Shown here piece by piece: positions 1 through 8,095 of a stretch of 48,830 bases of DNA (position 1 is the stretch's first letter; each line of letters opens with the position of its first letter). Source of the DNA: Salinibacter sp. (GTDB lineage: Bacteria; Bacteroidota; Rhodothermia; Rhodothermales; Salinibacteraceae); contig JBDGQP010000008.1 in assembly GCA_042218975.1 (NCBI GenBank), positions 1 to 48,830 of the forward strand, given 5' to 3'. The translations under genes were made by a program, and so were the position numbers. The notes beneath the pieces are model-generated. The model saw only the letters and a list, made by a program, of their open reading frames with translations. It had not been told where the DNA came from and did no database searches.

Positions 1-74
1 GAAACGACCCCGCCCAGCAGTGCCCCGACGCGCCGAAGGGCCTGGCGGCGGGTGAGATCGTCGGACTGAGACAT
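1..74 (-). CDS. N-terminus (runs off the window) of a Tat-signal protein, probably gluconate 2-dehydrogenase subunit 3 family
   Basis: ATG at 74-72 gives MSQSDDLTRRQALRRVGALLGGVV, a twin-arginine leader. It lies downstream of a DUF1080 gene, a usual context for this family. Confidence 0.55.
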   Translation of the reverse strand, partial: MSQSDDLTRRQALRRVGALLGGVV

Positions 75-137
75 AGGAAGTAGGGGAAAAGGAGGGGGAG
101 AGCGAACGTACAGTCGGACCGGGGGCGGCGCTCGCAG

Positions 138-926
138 CTACTCGGCCTCCGCGGGCAGCGGCCGGATCTTGACGTCCCGAAACCACACCGGATAGCCGTG
201 GTCCTGGAAGGCGATGCGGCCAGTATCGGGCCGCGCGAAGCGGGGCCAGCTCGCGAACTTCGTTCCCTTAGTGCGCCGGGTCCACATATCGCTACCCATT
301 TCCGCTTCTAAGAGTTTCGTTCCGTTGAGCCAGTGCTCGACGTGTCCGCCGCGCACGACGATTCGGGTCTCGTTGAACTCGCCGACGGGCTTCGTCGCGT
401 CCGTCGACGGGGCGATGAGGCTGAAGAGGGCGCCGCTCCGCTCCGCGGCCGCGCTGTCGCCGAGGACGGCGTGGTCCAGGATCTGATACTCCGGCCCCGT
501 CATGTAGGGGAGGGGGGCCTCCTCGCTCACGCGGTACATGACCCCGCTGTTGCCTCTCGGCGAGATTTTCCACTCCAGGCGGAGAACGAAGTCGGCGTAC
601 CGGTCGGTGGTGACGAGGGTGCGGGGCGGGGCCCCGTCCTGCGGCGAGGCCGCCCCCGTGAAGTGCATCGCCCCGTTTTCGACGGTCCAGCCCCGCGGCA
701 CCGAGTCGCGCCGGAAGCCGCGCCAGCCCGTCAGGGACGCCCCGTCGAAGAGAAGCCGCCAGCCGGCCCGCCGCTCCGCATCGGTGAGGGTATTGATCGA
801 GTCCGGGACGGTCGCCGAGGAGGCGTCGGCACCGGCCTCGTCGGCCGACGAGGTGCAGCGCGCCGTGAGCAGGAGCACCGGAAGAACGACGAGAAGGCGG
901 CAGACAAGCGGCAGGCGAAGGGGCAT
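138..926 (-). CDS. DUF1080 (3-keto-disaccharide hydrolase-like) secreted protein or lipoprotein
   Basis: Motifs GWRLLFDG, NSGVMY, GPEYQILD, VEHWLNG and QDHGYPVWFRDVKIR. Start MPLRLPLV is followed by a hydrophobic signal. Confidence 0.9.
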   Translation of the reverse strand: MPLRLPLVCRLLVVLPVLLLTARCTSSADEAGADASSATVPDSINTLTDAERRAGWRLLFDGASLTGWRGFRRDSVPRGWTVENGAMHFTGAASPQDGAPPRTLVTTDRYADFVLRLEWKISPRGNSGVMYRVSEEAPLPYMTGPEYQILDHAVLGDSAAAERSGALFSLIAPSTDATKPVGEFNETRIVVRGGHVEHWLNGTKLLEAEMGSDMWTRRTKGTKFASWPRFARPDTGRIAFQDHGYPVWFRDVKIRPLPAEAE

Positions 927-968
927 CGGGGGGCGGGGCCGTATCGACGAGAAAACCGGAAGGGGTTT

Positions 969-976
969 CAAATATA
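969..976 (-). promoter_or_regulatory. Bacteroidota-type sigma-A -7 element (TATATTTG)
   Basis: The minus strand reads TATATTTG, matching TAnnTTTG, about 45 nt upstream of the DUF1080 start. No clear -33 element. Confidence 0.5.
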
Positions 977-1049
977 CAAAGGAGGGACGCAGTTGCACAC
1001 GACCGTGCCTCGCCCGCCCTCCGTTCGACTCACCAGACCCCGCCTCGCC

Positions 1050-1461
1050 ATGAAGCGTCGATCCTTCCTCACGACCGGCCTCTCCGCCGGCGCCGGCGCG
1101 CTGCTGGCGTCCCGGTCGGACGCCGCTACGGACCGCCCGCCTGCCCCCGACAGCCCCGTCAAACACTCCGCCTCCAAATGGTGCTACGCCGACTACTCGG
1201 TCGAGGCGCTCGCGAAGGCAGGAAAGAAAATGGGCCTTCAGTCCATCCATCCGGAATCATCACGATGCCATTGCGCACTATCACACCGGCGGGGTGCCGG
1301 GCCGCCACGAGATCGACGAGACGCAGGAGCTGAACAATCCCGCCATCGTCCGGGCCATCGTCGAGACCGGCTACGAGGGCTTTATCGGGCAGGAGTTTGT
1401 GCCCACCGCCGTCGACCCGCTGCGGTCGCTCCGGGAGGCGATCGAGATCTGCACGGTCTAA
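1050..1461 (+). pseudogene. Tat-exported hydroxypyruvate isomerase-like TIM barrel, internally deleted and frameshifted
   Basis: The N-part MKRRSFL...KHSASKWCYADYSVEALAKAGKKMGLQSI joins in another frame at 1249 to the C-terminal IRNHHDAIAHYHTGGVPGRHEIDETQELN...GFIGQEFVP...LREAIEICTV*. Confidence 0.85.
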
Positions 1462-1520
1462 TCTGCCGCCGATCGTTCGGGGAGGACTCGTTCGGTCGTG
1501 ACGCTCCCATCAGACGATAG

Positions 1521-1599
1521 TGTTGCGTGATGCGTATTGCGTGTTGCGTATTGCGTAAGGGACCGTGGTGCCCCCAGCCGGAATACGGAATACGCAATA
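1521..1599. repeat. Inverted heptamer arrays: (TRTTGCG)x5, spacer, (CGSAATA)x3
   Basis: tgttgcg tgatgcg tattgcg tgttgcg tattgcg at 1521-1555; cggaata cggaata cgcaata at 1579-1599. Confidence 0.85.
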
Positions 1600-1687
1600 G
1601 ACCTCGACACGGCTACGCCGACGGCCCCTCCGACCCGCCCTTGCGCCTCCCGCCTCTCACCTTTCTCCCTTCGCCCAACGCCCCTCC

Positions 1688-2932
1688 ATGCCCCGACGCC
1701 TCTGGCTCCTCGCCGCGCTCTGCCTCGCCCTCGCCGTGCCGAGCGCACGGGCCCAACTGGCTCCCACCGCGGAACCGGCGGCCGTGGGCCTCTCGGCCGA
1801 TCGGCTCGCGCGCATCTCGGACGTGATGCGCCCGTACGTCAAGGAAAATAAGGTCGCGGGCCTCATGACCATGGTGTACCGCCGCGGGGAGGTCGCCCAT
1901 TTCCAAGCGTACGGCGAGCGGGACCGCCGGACCGGCGCGCCGATGACGCCGAACACCCTCTTCCGCATCTACTCGATGACGAAGCCGATCACGACGGTCG
2001 CGGCGCTGATGCTGTACGAGGAGGGCCACTTCCAGCTCGACGACCCCGTGGCCGAGTACCTGTCGGCCTTCGAGGGCGTGCAGGTCTACGACACGACCGC
2101 CACCGGCGCCCCGACCCGCGTGCCGCCGCGCCGGCCCATGACGATCCAGGACCTGATGCGGCACACCTCGGGCCTCACGTACGGCGTCTTCGGCGACACG
2201 CCGGTCGACTCGATGTACCGGGCGGCCGACCTGCTCGGCGGCGACCGCACGCTCGCGGCGACGGTCGACACCCTGGCCACGCTGCCGCTCCTCCACCAGC
2301 CGGGCACGCGGTGGCACTACAGCGTGTCGACCGACGTGCTGGGACGGCTCGTGGAGGTCGTCTCCGGCCAGTCCCTCGACACCTTCCTCCGGACGCGCAT
2401 CCTCGGGCCGCTCGGGATGGACGACACGACGTTCGAGGTCCCCACCGGCGAGATGGACCGCTTCGCCACCAGCTACGCGAGGGGAAAGAACGGCGGCCTC
2501 GTGGTGCGGGACCGGAAGCGCGACAGCGAGTTCGCCGCGCCTGTCACGTTCCTGTCGGGCGGCGGCGGGCTCGTGTCGACGATGGACGACTACCTCCGCT
2601 TCGCTCGGATGCTGCTGAACGGCGGGGCGGTCGACGGGACGCGTCTGCTGAGCCCGAAGACCGTGGCCCTCATGACGCAGAACCACCTCGACGGGACGTT
2701 CGAACCGGGCTGGGGCTTCGGGCTGGGCGTGCAGGTCGCCACCGACCTGCCGGCGGCGAGCACGCTCGGGTCCGAGGGCATGTACGGCTGGTCGGGGCTG
2801 GCCAGTACCTACTTCTTCGTCGACCCGAAGGAGAAGCTCATCGGCATGGTGTGGACCCAGTTCGTCCCCAACAGCCGCCATCCGATCGGGGAGCAGTTTC
2901 GGGTGGGCGTCTACCAGTCGATCGTCGACTGA
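1688..2932 (+). CDS. Serine hydrolase, beta-lactamase class C/AmpC-like, secreted
   Basis: Signal peptide; FRIYSMTK (SxxK), LMRHTSGL, PGTRWHYS and GGGGLVST motifs. Confidence 0.92.
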   Translation: MPRRLWLLAALCLALAVPSARAQLAPTAEPAAVGLSADRLARISDVMRPYVKENKVAGLMTMVYRRGEVAHFQAYGERDRRTGAPMTPNTLFRIYSMTKPITTVAALMLYEEGHFQLDDPVAEYLSAFEGVQVYDTTATGAPTRVPPRRPMTIQDLMRHTSGLTYGVFGDTPVDSMYRAADLLGGDRTLAATVDTLATLPLLHQPGTRWHYSVSTDVLGRLVEVVSGQSLDTFLRTRILGPLGMDDTTFEVPTGEMDRFATSYARGKNGGLVVRDRKRDSEFAAPVTFLSGGGGLVSTMDDYLRFARMLLNGGAVDGTRLLSPKTVALMTQNHLDGTFEPGWGFGLGVQVATDLPAASTLGSEGMYGWSGLASTYFFVDPKEKLIGMVWTQFVPNSRHPIGEQFRVGVYQSIVD

Positions 2933-3025
2933 GGCCCGACCGTAACGGGCGGCCTCGCTGCGGGACCCAACCGCGCACCATCCTCCGCGTCGTCCCCTTC
3001 CTCACGCCTACTCCCGGCCCCGTCC

Positions 3026-4183
3026 ATGTACGAGTGCTGCCCGTCCCACGTCGTCGAGATCGAAACGGCCGCCGCCCTGCGGGCCCACGTCGAGGAGACC
3101 GGGTCGCTGAAGGACGTGGTGGTGCAGGGCCTCGACCTGACCGATGCCGCCACCGAGGCGGCCCTGACCTCGGTCCCGGCCGAGGACGCGTGCTTTCTGG
3201 GCTGCCGGCTGACGGACGCCGCCGAGGGGCACGTCCGGACGACCGGTGGCACCATCTTCCCGGCCTTCGTCGGCCTGCCGTTCAACCCGTACCGGTCGAG
3301 CCTCTACACGCCCGACGAGCTCATGGACGGCTACGAGCAGGGCGCGCCCGAGACGCGCGAGACGACCGTCGACGCCCGGATCTACGAGTACTTCAAGGGC
3401 CGCCAGCTCGACGGCCGCGACGCGCCGGTCATGGACGCGCTGGCCTTCCGCATCCACGACCACGCCGTCGACGACGCGCTGCGGGCCCTGTTGGCCCCGA
3501 CCGACGGCCCCGATCGCCGGGTCGTGGGCATCATGGGCGGCCACCAGCTCGGGCGCGACACCGACACGTACCGCCGGGTGGCCCGGATCGGGCAGCGCCT
3601 GGCGCGGGAGGGCTTCTTCGTCGCCACCGGCGGCGGGCCCGGCGCCATGGAGGCGGGCAACCTGGGTGCCGCCCTCGCGGACTACGACGACGCGGCGATC
3701 GACGACGCCGTCGACACGCTGGCGACCGCGCCCCACTACGAGGACGACGCCTACGTGGACCGGGCCCTGGCGGTCCGCGAGCGGTACCCCGACCGCACCG
3801 AGAGCCTCGCGGTCCCGACCTGGTTCTACGGGCACGAGCCGTCGAACCTCTTTCCGACGCACGTGGCCAAGTACTTCGCCAACAGCATCCGCGAGGACGG
3901 CCTCCTGGCGATTGCCACATACGGGGTGATCTACGCGCCGGGCAGCGCCGGCACCATCCAGGAGGTGTTCATGGACGCGGCCCAGAACCACTACGAGACC
4001 TTCGGGGCGGCCAGCCCCATGGTGTTCTTTGGGCGGGACTACTGGACGGAGGAGAAGCCCGTCTACCCGCTCCTCGACACCCTGGCCGAGGGCACGCCCT
4101 ACGCCGACGAGCTGCGGGTGACCGACGCCGTCGACCGGGCGGTCGGGGCGATCGTCGACCACGCCCCGACACGGGCACGCTGA
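3026..4183 (+). CDS. LOG/SLOG-family Rossmann-fold nucleotide-binding protein
   Basis: GIMGGH, TGGGPGAMEAGN and PGSAGTIQE motifs. Confidence 0.85.
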   Translation: MYECCPSHVVEIETAAALRAHVEETGSLKDVVVQGLDLTDAATEAALTSVPAEDACFLGCRLTDAAEGHVRTTGGTIFPAFVGLPFNPYRSSLYTPDELMDGYEQGAPETRETTVDARIYEYFKGRQLDGRDAPVMDALAFRIHDHAVDDALRALLAPTDGPDRRVVGIMGGHQLGRDTDTYRRVARIGQRLAREGFFVATGGGPGAMEAGNLGAALADYDDAAIDDAVDTLATAPHYEDDAYVDRALAVRERYPDRTESLAVPTWFYGHEPSNLFPTHVAKYFANSIREDGLLAIATYGVIYAPGSAGTIQEVFMDAAQNHYETFGAASPMVFFGRDYWTEEKPVYPLLDTLAEGTPYADELRVTDAVDRAVGAIVDHAPTRAR

Positions 4184-4348
4184 TGCACGGACGACGACGG
4201 GCGCCGGCGGCGGGCCCTATTTTCCCGACAGCGGAAGGTTTTGCAACGATCCTCTGAGGGCGGGATACCCAGCCCGTTTCGCCCGTTGGCTACGGCCTAT
4301 TTGGTTTTCAAATCCACGCCGTCGCACTTTCTCCCTCCCACGTCGCGC

Positions 4349-4435
4349 CTCGAGGAGTACCAGAAATTTGTCGTTCGGGGTGACGTTGTGGACACGGCCG
4401 TCGGCATTGGGACGGCCTTCAACGGAGTGGTGCAG
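4349..4435 (+). pseudogene. mscL: Relic of a large-conductance mechanosensitive channel (N-terminal S1/TM1 only)
   Basis: LEEYQKFVVRGDVVDTAVGIGTAFNGVVQ resembles the MscL N-terminus (LxEFKxFxxRGNVVDLAVGxIIGxAF). There is no start codon and the rest of the gene is missing. Confidence 0.7.
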
Positions 4436-4469
4436 CTTTCTCTTCTTTCCCCATGCACGGGTTGCCCCG

Positions 4470-5321
4470 ATGAGCAGCGAACGCATCACGTACGGATCGG
4501 TCGAGGGCCTCCGGACCGGGCGCTACGGCCTCGGCCTCGACGCGAAGGCCGTCTGCTACCGAATCGGACGGACGCTCATCGACACGGGCCCGCCCAACCA
4601 GTGGCGGGCGGTGCGCCGCTTCGCCACCAGGCAGAACGAGGCCCCCAGCATCGACCGCGTACTGCTCACGCACCACCACGAAGACCACGCGGGCAACGCG
4701 GCCCGCCTGCAGGAACTGCTCGACGTGCCGGTGTACGCCCCCGAGGCCAGCCTCGACCGGCTGCGTGACGGCTTCTCGCTGGACACCTACCGGTGGATCG
4801 TGTGGGGGCGCCCGCGGCCCGTGGAGGCCGAACCGGTCCCCGACGTCCTCCCGTTGGCCGACGGCACGACGCTCCGCACCCTCGCGGCGCCGGGCCACAC
4901 CGACGACATGGTGTGCTACCTGGCGGAGGCCCACGATCTCCTCTTCGCCGCCGACCTCTACGTGACCCGGCGGCCCCAGTACCTGCGCACCGAAGAGCAT
5001 GCCCCCCGCTTCATCGAGAGCATCCGCGACGTGCTGGAGCACGACTTCCGGACGGTTCTCTGCGGCCACCGGGGCGTGGTCGAGGACGGGCGCCAGGCTC
5101 TCGCCGAGAAGGTGAAATACATGGAGGCCCTCTGCGGGGTTGTCCAGCGGCGCTACCGCTACGACCAGCTGGCGGTGCCGGAGATTACCGACGAGATCCT
5201 GGGCCGCGAGGGAATGCTGTACTGGGTCTCCGGCGGCGACGTCTCGAAGCACAACCTCATCGCGTCCTGCCTCGACGACGTCGAGCAGGACGCGGGACAG
5301 ATCGTGGCGAAGGCGCCTTGA
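4470..5321 (+). CDS. MBL-fold metallo-hydrolase
   Basis: LIDTG, THHHEDH (HxHxDH), PGHT, ADL and CGH motifs. Confidence 0.9.
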   Translation: MSSERITYGSVEGLRTGRYGLGLDAKAVCYRIGRTLIDTGPPNQWRAVRRFATRQNEAPSIDRVLLTHHHEDHAGNAARLQELLDVPVYAPEASLDRLRDGFSLDTYRWIVWGRPRPVEAEPVPDVLPLADGTTLRTLAAPGHTDDMVCYLAEAHDLLFAADLYVTRRPQYLRTEEHAPRFIESIRDVLEHDFRTVLCGHRGVVEDGRQALAEKVKYMEALCGVVQRRYRYDQLAVPEITDEILGREGMLYWVSGGDVSKHNLIASCLDDVEQDAGQIVAKAP

Positions 5322-5397
5322 CACCAACCCCGCCCGCACTCGACTGCGACCGAGCGCGGGCTTCGCCGGGGCATTGGCGGATGGGAGCGGCGGCCGG

Positions 5398-5883
5398 TCA
5401 GTTCGAGCCTCCCATCGTCGTATCCTGCGCGGCGAACCGCTGCCGGACGGTATCGGGGTCGACCCGCTTCCACACCTCCCGGAGCTTGTAGTTGCCCAGG
5501 TCGCCGATGTGGTACCACGTGTCCCCCTCTACGCGGGCGGTGAACTTGAGCGTCTGGCCCGCGAATGCCGGGTCGGAGTGATACTGGACGTGTTCGATGT
5601 AGACGTTTCGCTCCGGATAGTACTCGTAGGTCCCGCCGCCGGCGAGGACCTGCGAGCTGTCCTGGGTCTCCCGGCCCCAGGCAAAGTGGGTCGAGTTCAG
5701 AATCTTGTAGTTCGTGCCCCAGTGGTCGCTCTGGTCCACGACCGAGTCCGGGTAGACGAGCTTCTGAGACACCATCTTCCAGGTGCCCTCCAGTTCGTTG
5801 GACGGAAGCTGGCCCCGGGCGCTCGACAGGCCAATCAGAAGCAGCGACAGCGTAAGCGCGATGACACGGTGAGGAGAACGCAT
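5398..5883 (-). CDS. Secreted lipocalin-like/DUF4488-like hypothetical protein
   Basis: Signal peptide; LEGTWKMVS, YKIL...HFAW, AGGGTY, YIEHV and EVWKRV motifs. Confidence 0.7.
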   Translation of the reverse strand: MRSPHRVIALTLSLLLIGLSSARGQLPSNELEGTWKMVSQKLVYPDSVVDQSDHWGTNYKILNSTHFAWGRETQDSSQVLAGGGTYEYYPERNVYIEHVQYHSDPAFAGQTLKFTARVEGDTWYHIGDLGNYKLREVWKRVDPDTVRQRFAAQDTTMGGSN

Positions 5884-5929
5884 GGGCTCATTGCGGGGTA
5901 TGGGCCGGTTATATGGAAAAATGTTGAAA

Positions 5930-5960
5930 CAAATATAAACGCCGCGTCCACGACTGTCAA
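5930..5960 (-). promoter_or_regulatory. Bacteroidota-type sigma-A promoter (TTG-N20-TATATTTG)
   Basis: Minus strand TTG at 5960-5958 and TATATTTG at 5937-5930, upstream of the ATG at 5883. Confidence 0.6.
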
Positions 5961-6087
5961 TGCCGGAAGCGCTACCGTGAGCGGTCACAGGCTCCGACGG
6001 GAAGCGAACGAAGGGGGCTCTCCCGCCGTCGGCGGGCCGCTCTGCGCCCAACGAGGGGGGAGAGCTTCTTCCGTGGGGGCACGGGGA

Positions 6088-6189
6088 TACCGATCCGTGA
6101 AGAAATGCATGAAGACCGTTTCCGCGCATGTGAGGCTCGGTCCGCTGCCCACCGCAGAACCCGTTCAGAGACTTTTGCACGGATCGGTA
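6088..6189. mobile_element. MITE-like element with 12-bp perfect terminal inverted repeats TACCGATCCGTG
   Basis: TACCGATCCGTG at 6088-6099 and CACGGATCGGTA at 6178-6189, with imperfect complementarity further inward. One end recurs at 15908-15920. Confidence 0.55.
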
Positions 6190-6291
6190 AGTGGGGCGGA
6201 AGGAGAGGCGACCGCCCCTGCAACCGTACAGGCTCGTCCCCTGCCCCGATTCTCCGGGCGCCGCCGTCGAGACGCCCCCACGCCCCACGCC

Positions 6292-7749
6292 CTACGGAAA
6301 GATGCCCATCTGGCGGTAGGACTTGGCGATCTTGTCGATGGCGCTCACGAACGCGGCGGTCCGCATGTCGAGGCCCTTCTCTTCGCGGATGGCACGGATC
6401 TCCGCGTAGGCGTGGGCCATCGTGTCCTCCAGCCCCGAATTGACGAGGTCGCGCTCGCTGGCCCCGAAGCCGATCTCTTCGATGAGCGATTCGAGCAGGG
6501 TCTCGTCGAAGTCCTCGGTGGTCAGTTCGTCGACGGCCCGCAGGACGCGCTCGGCGTTTTGCTCCTCGAAGCGGCGGCTCATGCGGCCGTGGCGCATGTG
6601 GGAGAGGTTACGGAGCCACTCGAAGTACGACACCGTGACGCCCCCGGCGTTGAGGTAGACGTCCGGGATCATGAGCACGTCTCGCTTCCGGAGAAGGTCG
6701 TCGGCCCGGGAGGTCACGGGCCCGTTGGCGGCCTCGGCGACGATGCTGGCCTGGATGTCGGGGGCGTTGTCGGGGGTGATGACGCCCTCGAGGGCTGCCG
6801 GGATGAGGATGTCGCAGGGCAGCTCGAGGGCCCGGGCGGAGGACTCGATGTTGTCGGCGCCGGGATAGTCGAGAATTGAGCCGGTGTCCTCGCGGTGTGC
6901 CACCACGTCGTCGACGTGCAGGCCGCTGTCGTCGTAGATCGCGCCCTCGATTTCGGCGATGCCGACGATGTCGGCCCCGCCCTCCTCCTCCAGAATCTTG
7001 GCGGCGTAGTAGCCGACGTTGCCGAGGCCCTGCACGACCACCTGCTTGCCCTCGACGCCGGGGGCGAGGCCGAGCCGCGCCATGTCCGTCTCGAAGTGGC
7101 AGGCCTCGCGGATGCCGTAGAACACGCCGCGGCCGGTGGCCTCGGTGCGGCCCCGCACGCCGCCCTGGCCGACGGGCTTTCCCGTCACGCAGGCCAGCGC
7201 GTTGAGGTCGTCGTCGCCGATCTGGTGGATCGTGTCCATGATCCAGGACATCTCCCGCTCGCCGGTGCCGTAGTCGGGGGCCGGCACGTCGATGCCCGGG
7301 CCGATGAAGTCCTTGCGCGAGAGCTCGAACGCGTAGCGGCGCGTGATGCGCTCCAGTTCGGCCTGCGAGTAGTCGCGGGCGTCGATGCAGACCCCGCCCT
7401 TCGCCCCGCCGAAGGGCACGTCGACGATCGCGCATTTGTAACTCATGAGCGCCGAGAGGGCCATCACCTCGTCCACGTTCACGCCGGTTGTGTAGCGCAC
7501 GCCCCCCTTCGTGGGCTTCTTGTGGTGGCTGTGCTCGGCCCGGTACCCGCGGATCACCTGGATCGACCCGTCGTCCCGCTTGATCGGAAACTCGAACCGG
7601 ACGATGTTGTCGCAGGCCCGGATCTGGTAGAGCACGCCGATGGGGTGGTCGGTGTGCTCGGCGGCGCGGCCGAACATGCGGTTGACCTGCCCGAAGAAAT
7701 CGAGCGTCGAGTCGTCGTGTGGGGAGGAAGCGTCTGGGGCGGAGCTCAT
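6292..7749 (-). CDS. gdhA: Glu/Leu/Phe/Val dehydrogenase (glutamate dehydrogenase)
   Basis: KGGVRY, VPFGGAKGG, DVPAPD, QGLGNVG, EAANGP and NAGGVTVSYFEW motifs. Alternative start at 7785. Confidence 0.95.
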   Translation of the reverse strand: MSSAPDASSPHDDSTLDFFGQVNRMFGRAAEHTDHPIGVLYQIRACDNIVRFEFPIKRDDGSIQVIRGYRAEHSHHKKPTKGGVRYTTGVNVDEVMALSALMSYKCAIVDVPFGGAKGGVCIDARDYSQAELERITRRYAFELSRKDFIGPGIDVPAPDYGTGEREMSWIMDTIHQIGDDDLNALACVTGKPVGQGGVRGRTEATGRGVFYGIREACHFETDMARLGLAPGVEGKQVVVQGLGNVGYYAAKILEEEGGADIVGIAEIEGAIYDDSGLHVDDVVAHREDTGSILDYPGADNIESSARALELPCDILIPAALEGVITPDNAPDIQASIVAEAANGPVTSRADDLLRKRDVLMIPDVYLNAGGVTVSYFEWLRNLSHMRHGRMSRRFEEQNAERVLRAVDELTTEDFDETLLESLIEEIGFGASERDLVNSGLEDTMAHAYAEIRAIREEKGLDMRTAAFVSAIDKIAKSYRQMGIFP

Positions 7750-8095
7750 AGACGGGAGGGATGTGGTGGATGGATGCGCTTCCATGTAAATGACGACGGC
7801 CGGGGAAGCGCAAGCACCTCCGTCGAAAATTCCCGCTCAATTCCGACGGGAGGGGGCGCCCGACCGTGTGCGGCCGCCCGGACGGGCAGGCCGCACTGCT
7901 GCGCAGAACCAACGATACGTCCGCCGGGGCGGTCCGATGATCGTCTTCGGCAGACGAGCGACGGGCGCAAAGATCCGACGACGAGAGAAGCGGAGGACCC
8001 CGAGCGGCGAGCGTCCCGGAGGATCCCTGTGGGCGGCTGCCGGTACGTTGGGCAACGCTTCCCCAGCCGTTCTTCCGAGCCGCCGTCTCAGGACC

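Noticed and set aside
1240-1252. Programmed frameshift restoring the isomerase
   Set aside because: Even if re-framed, the product would lack the central part of the barrel.
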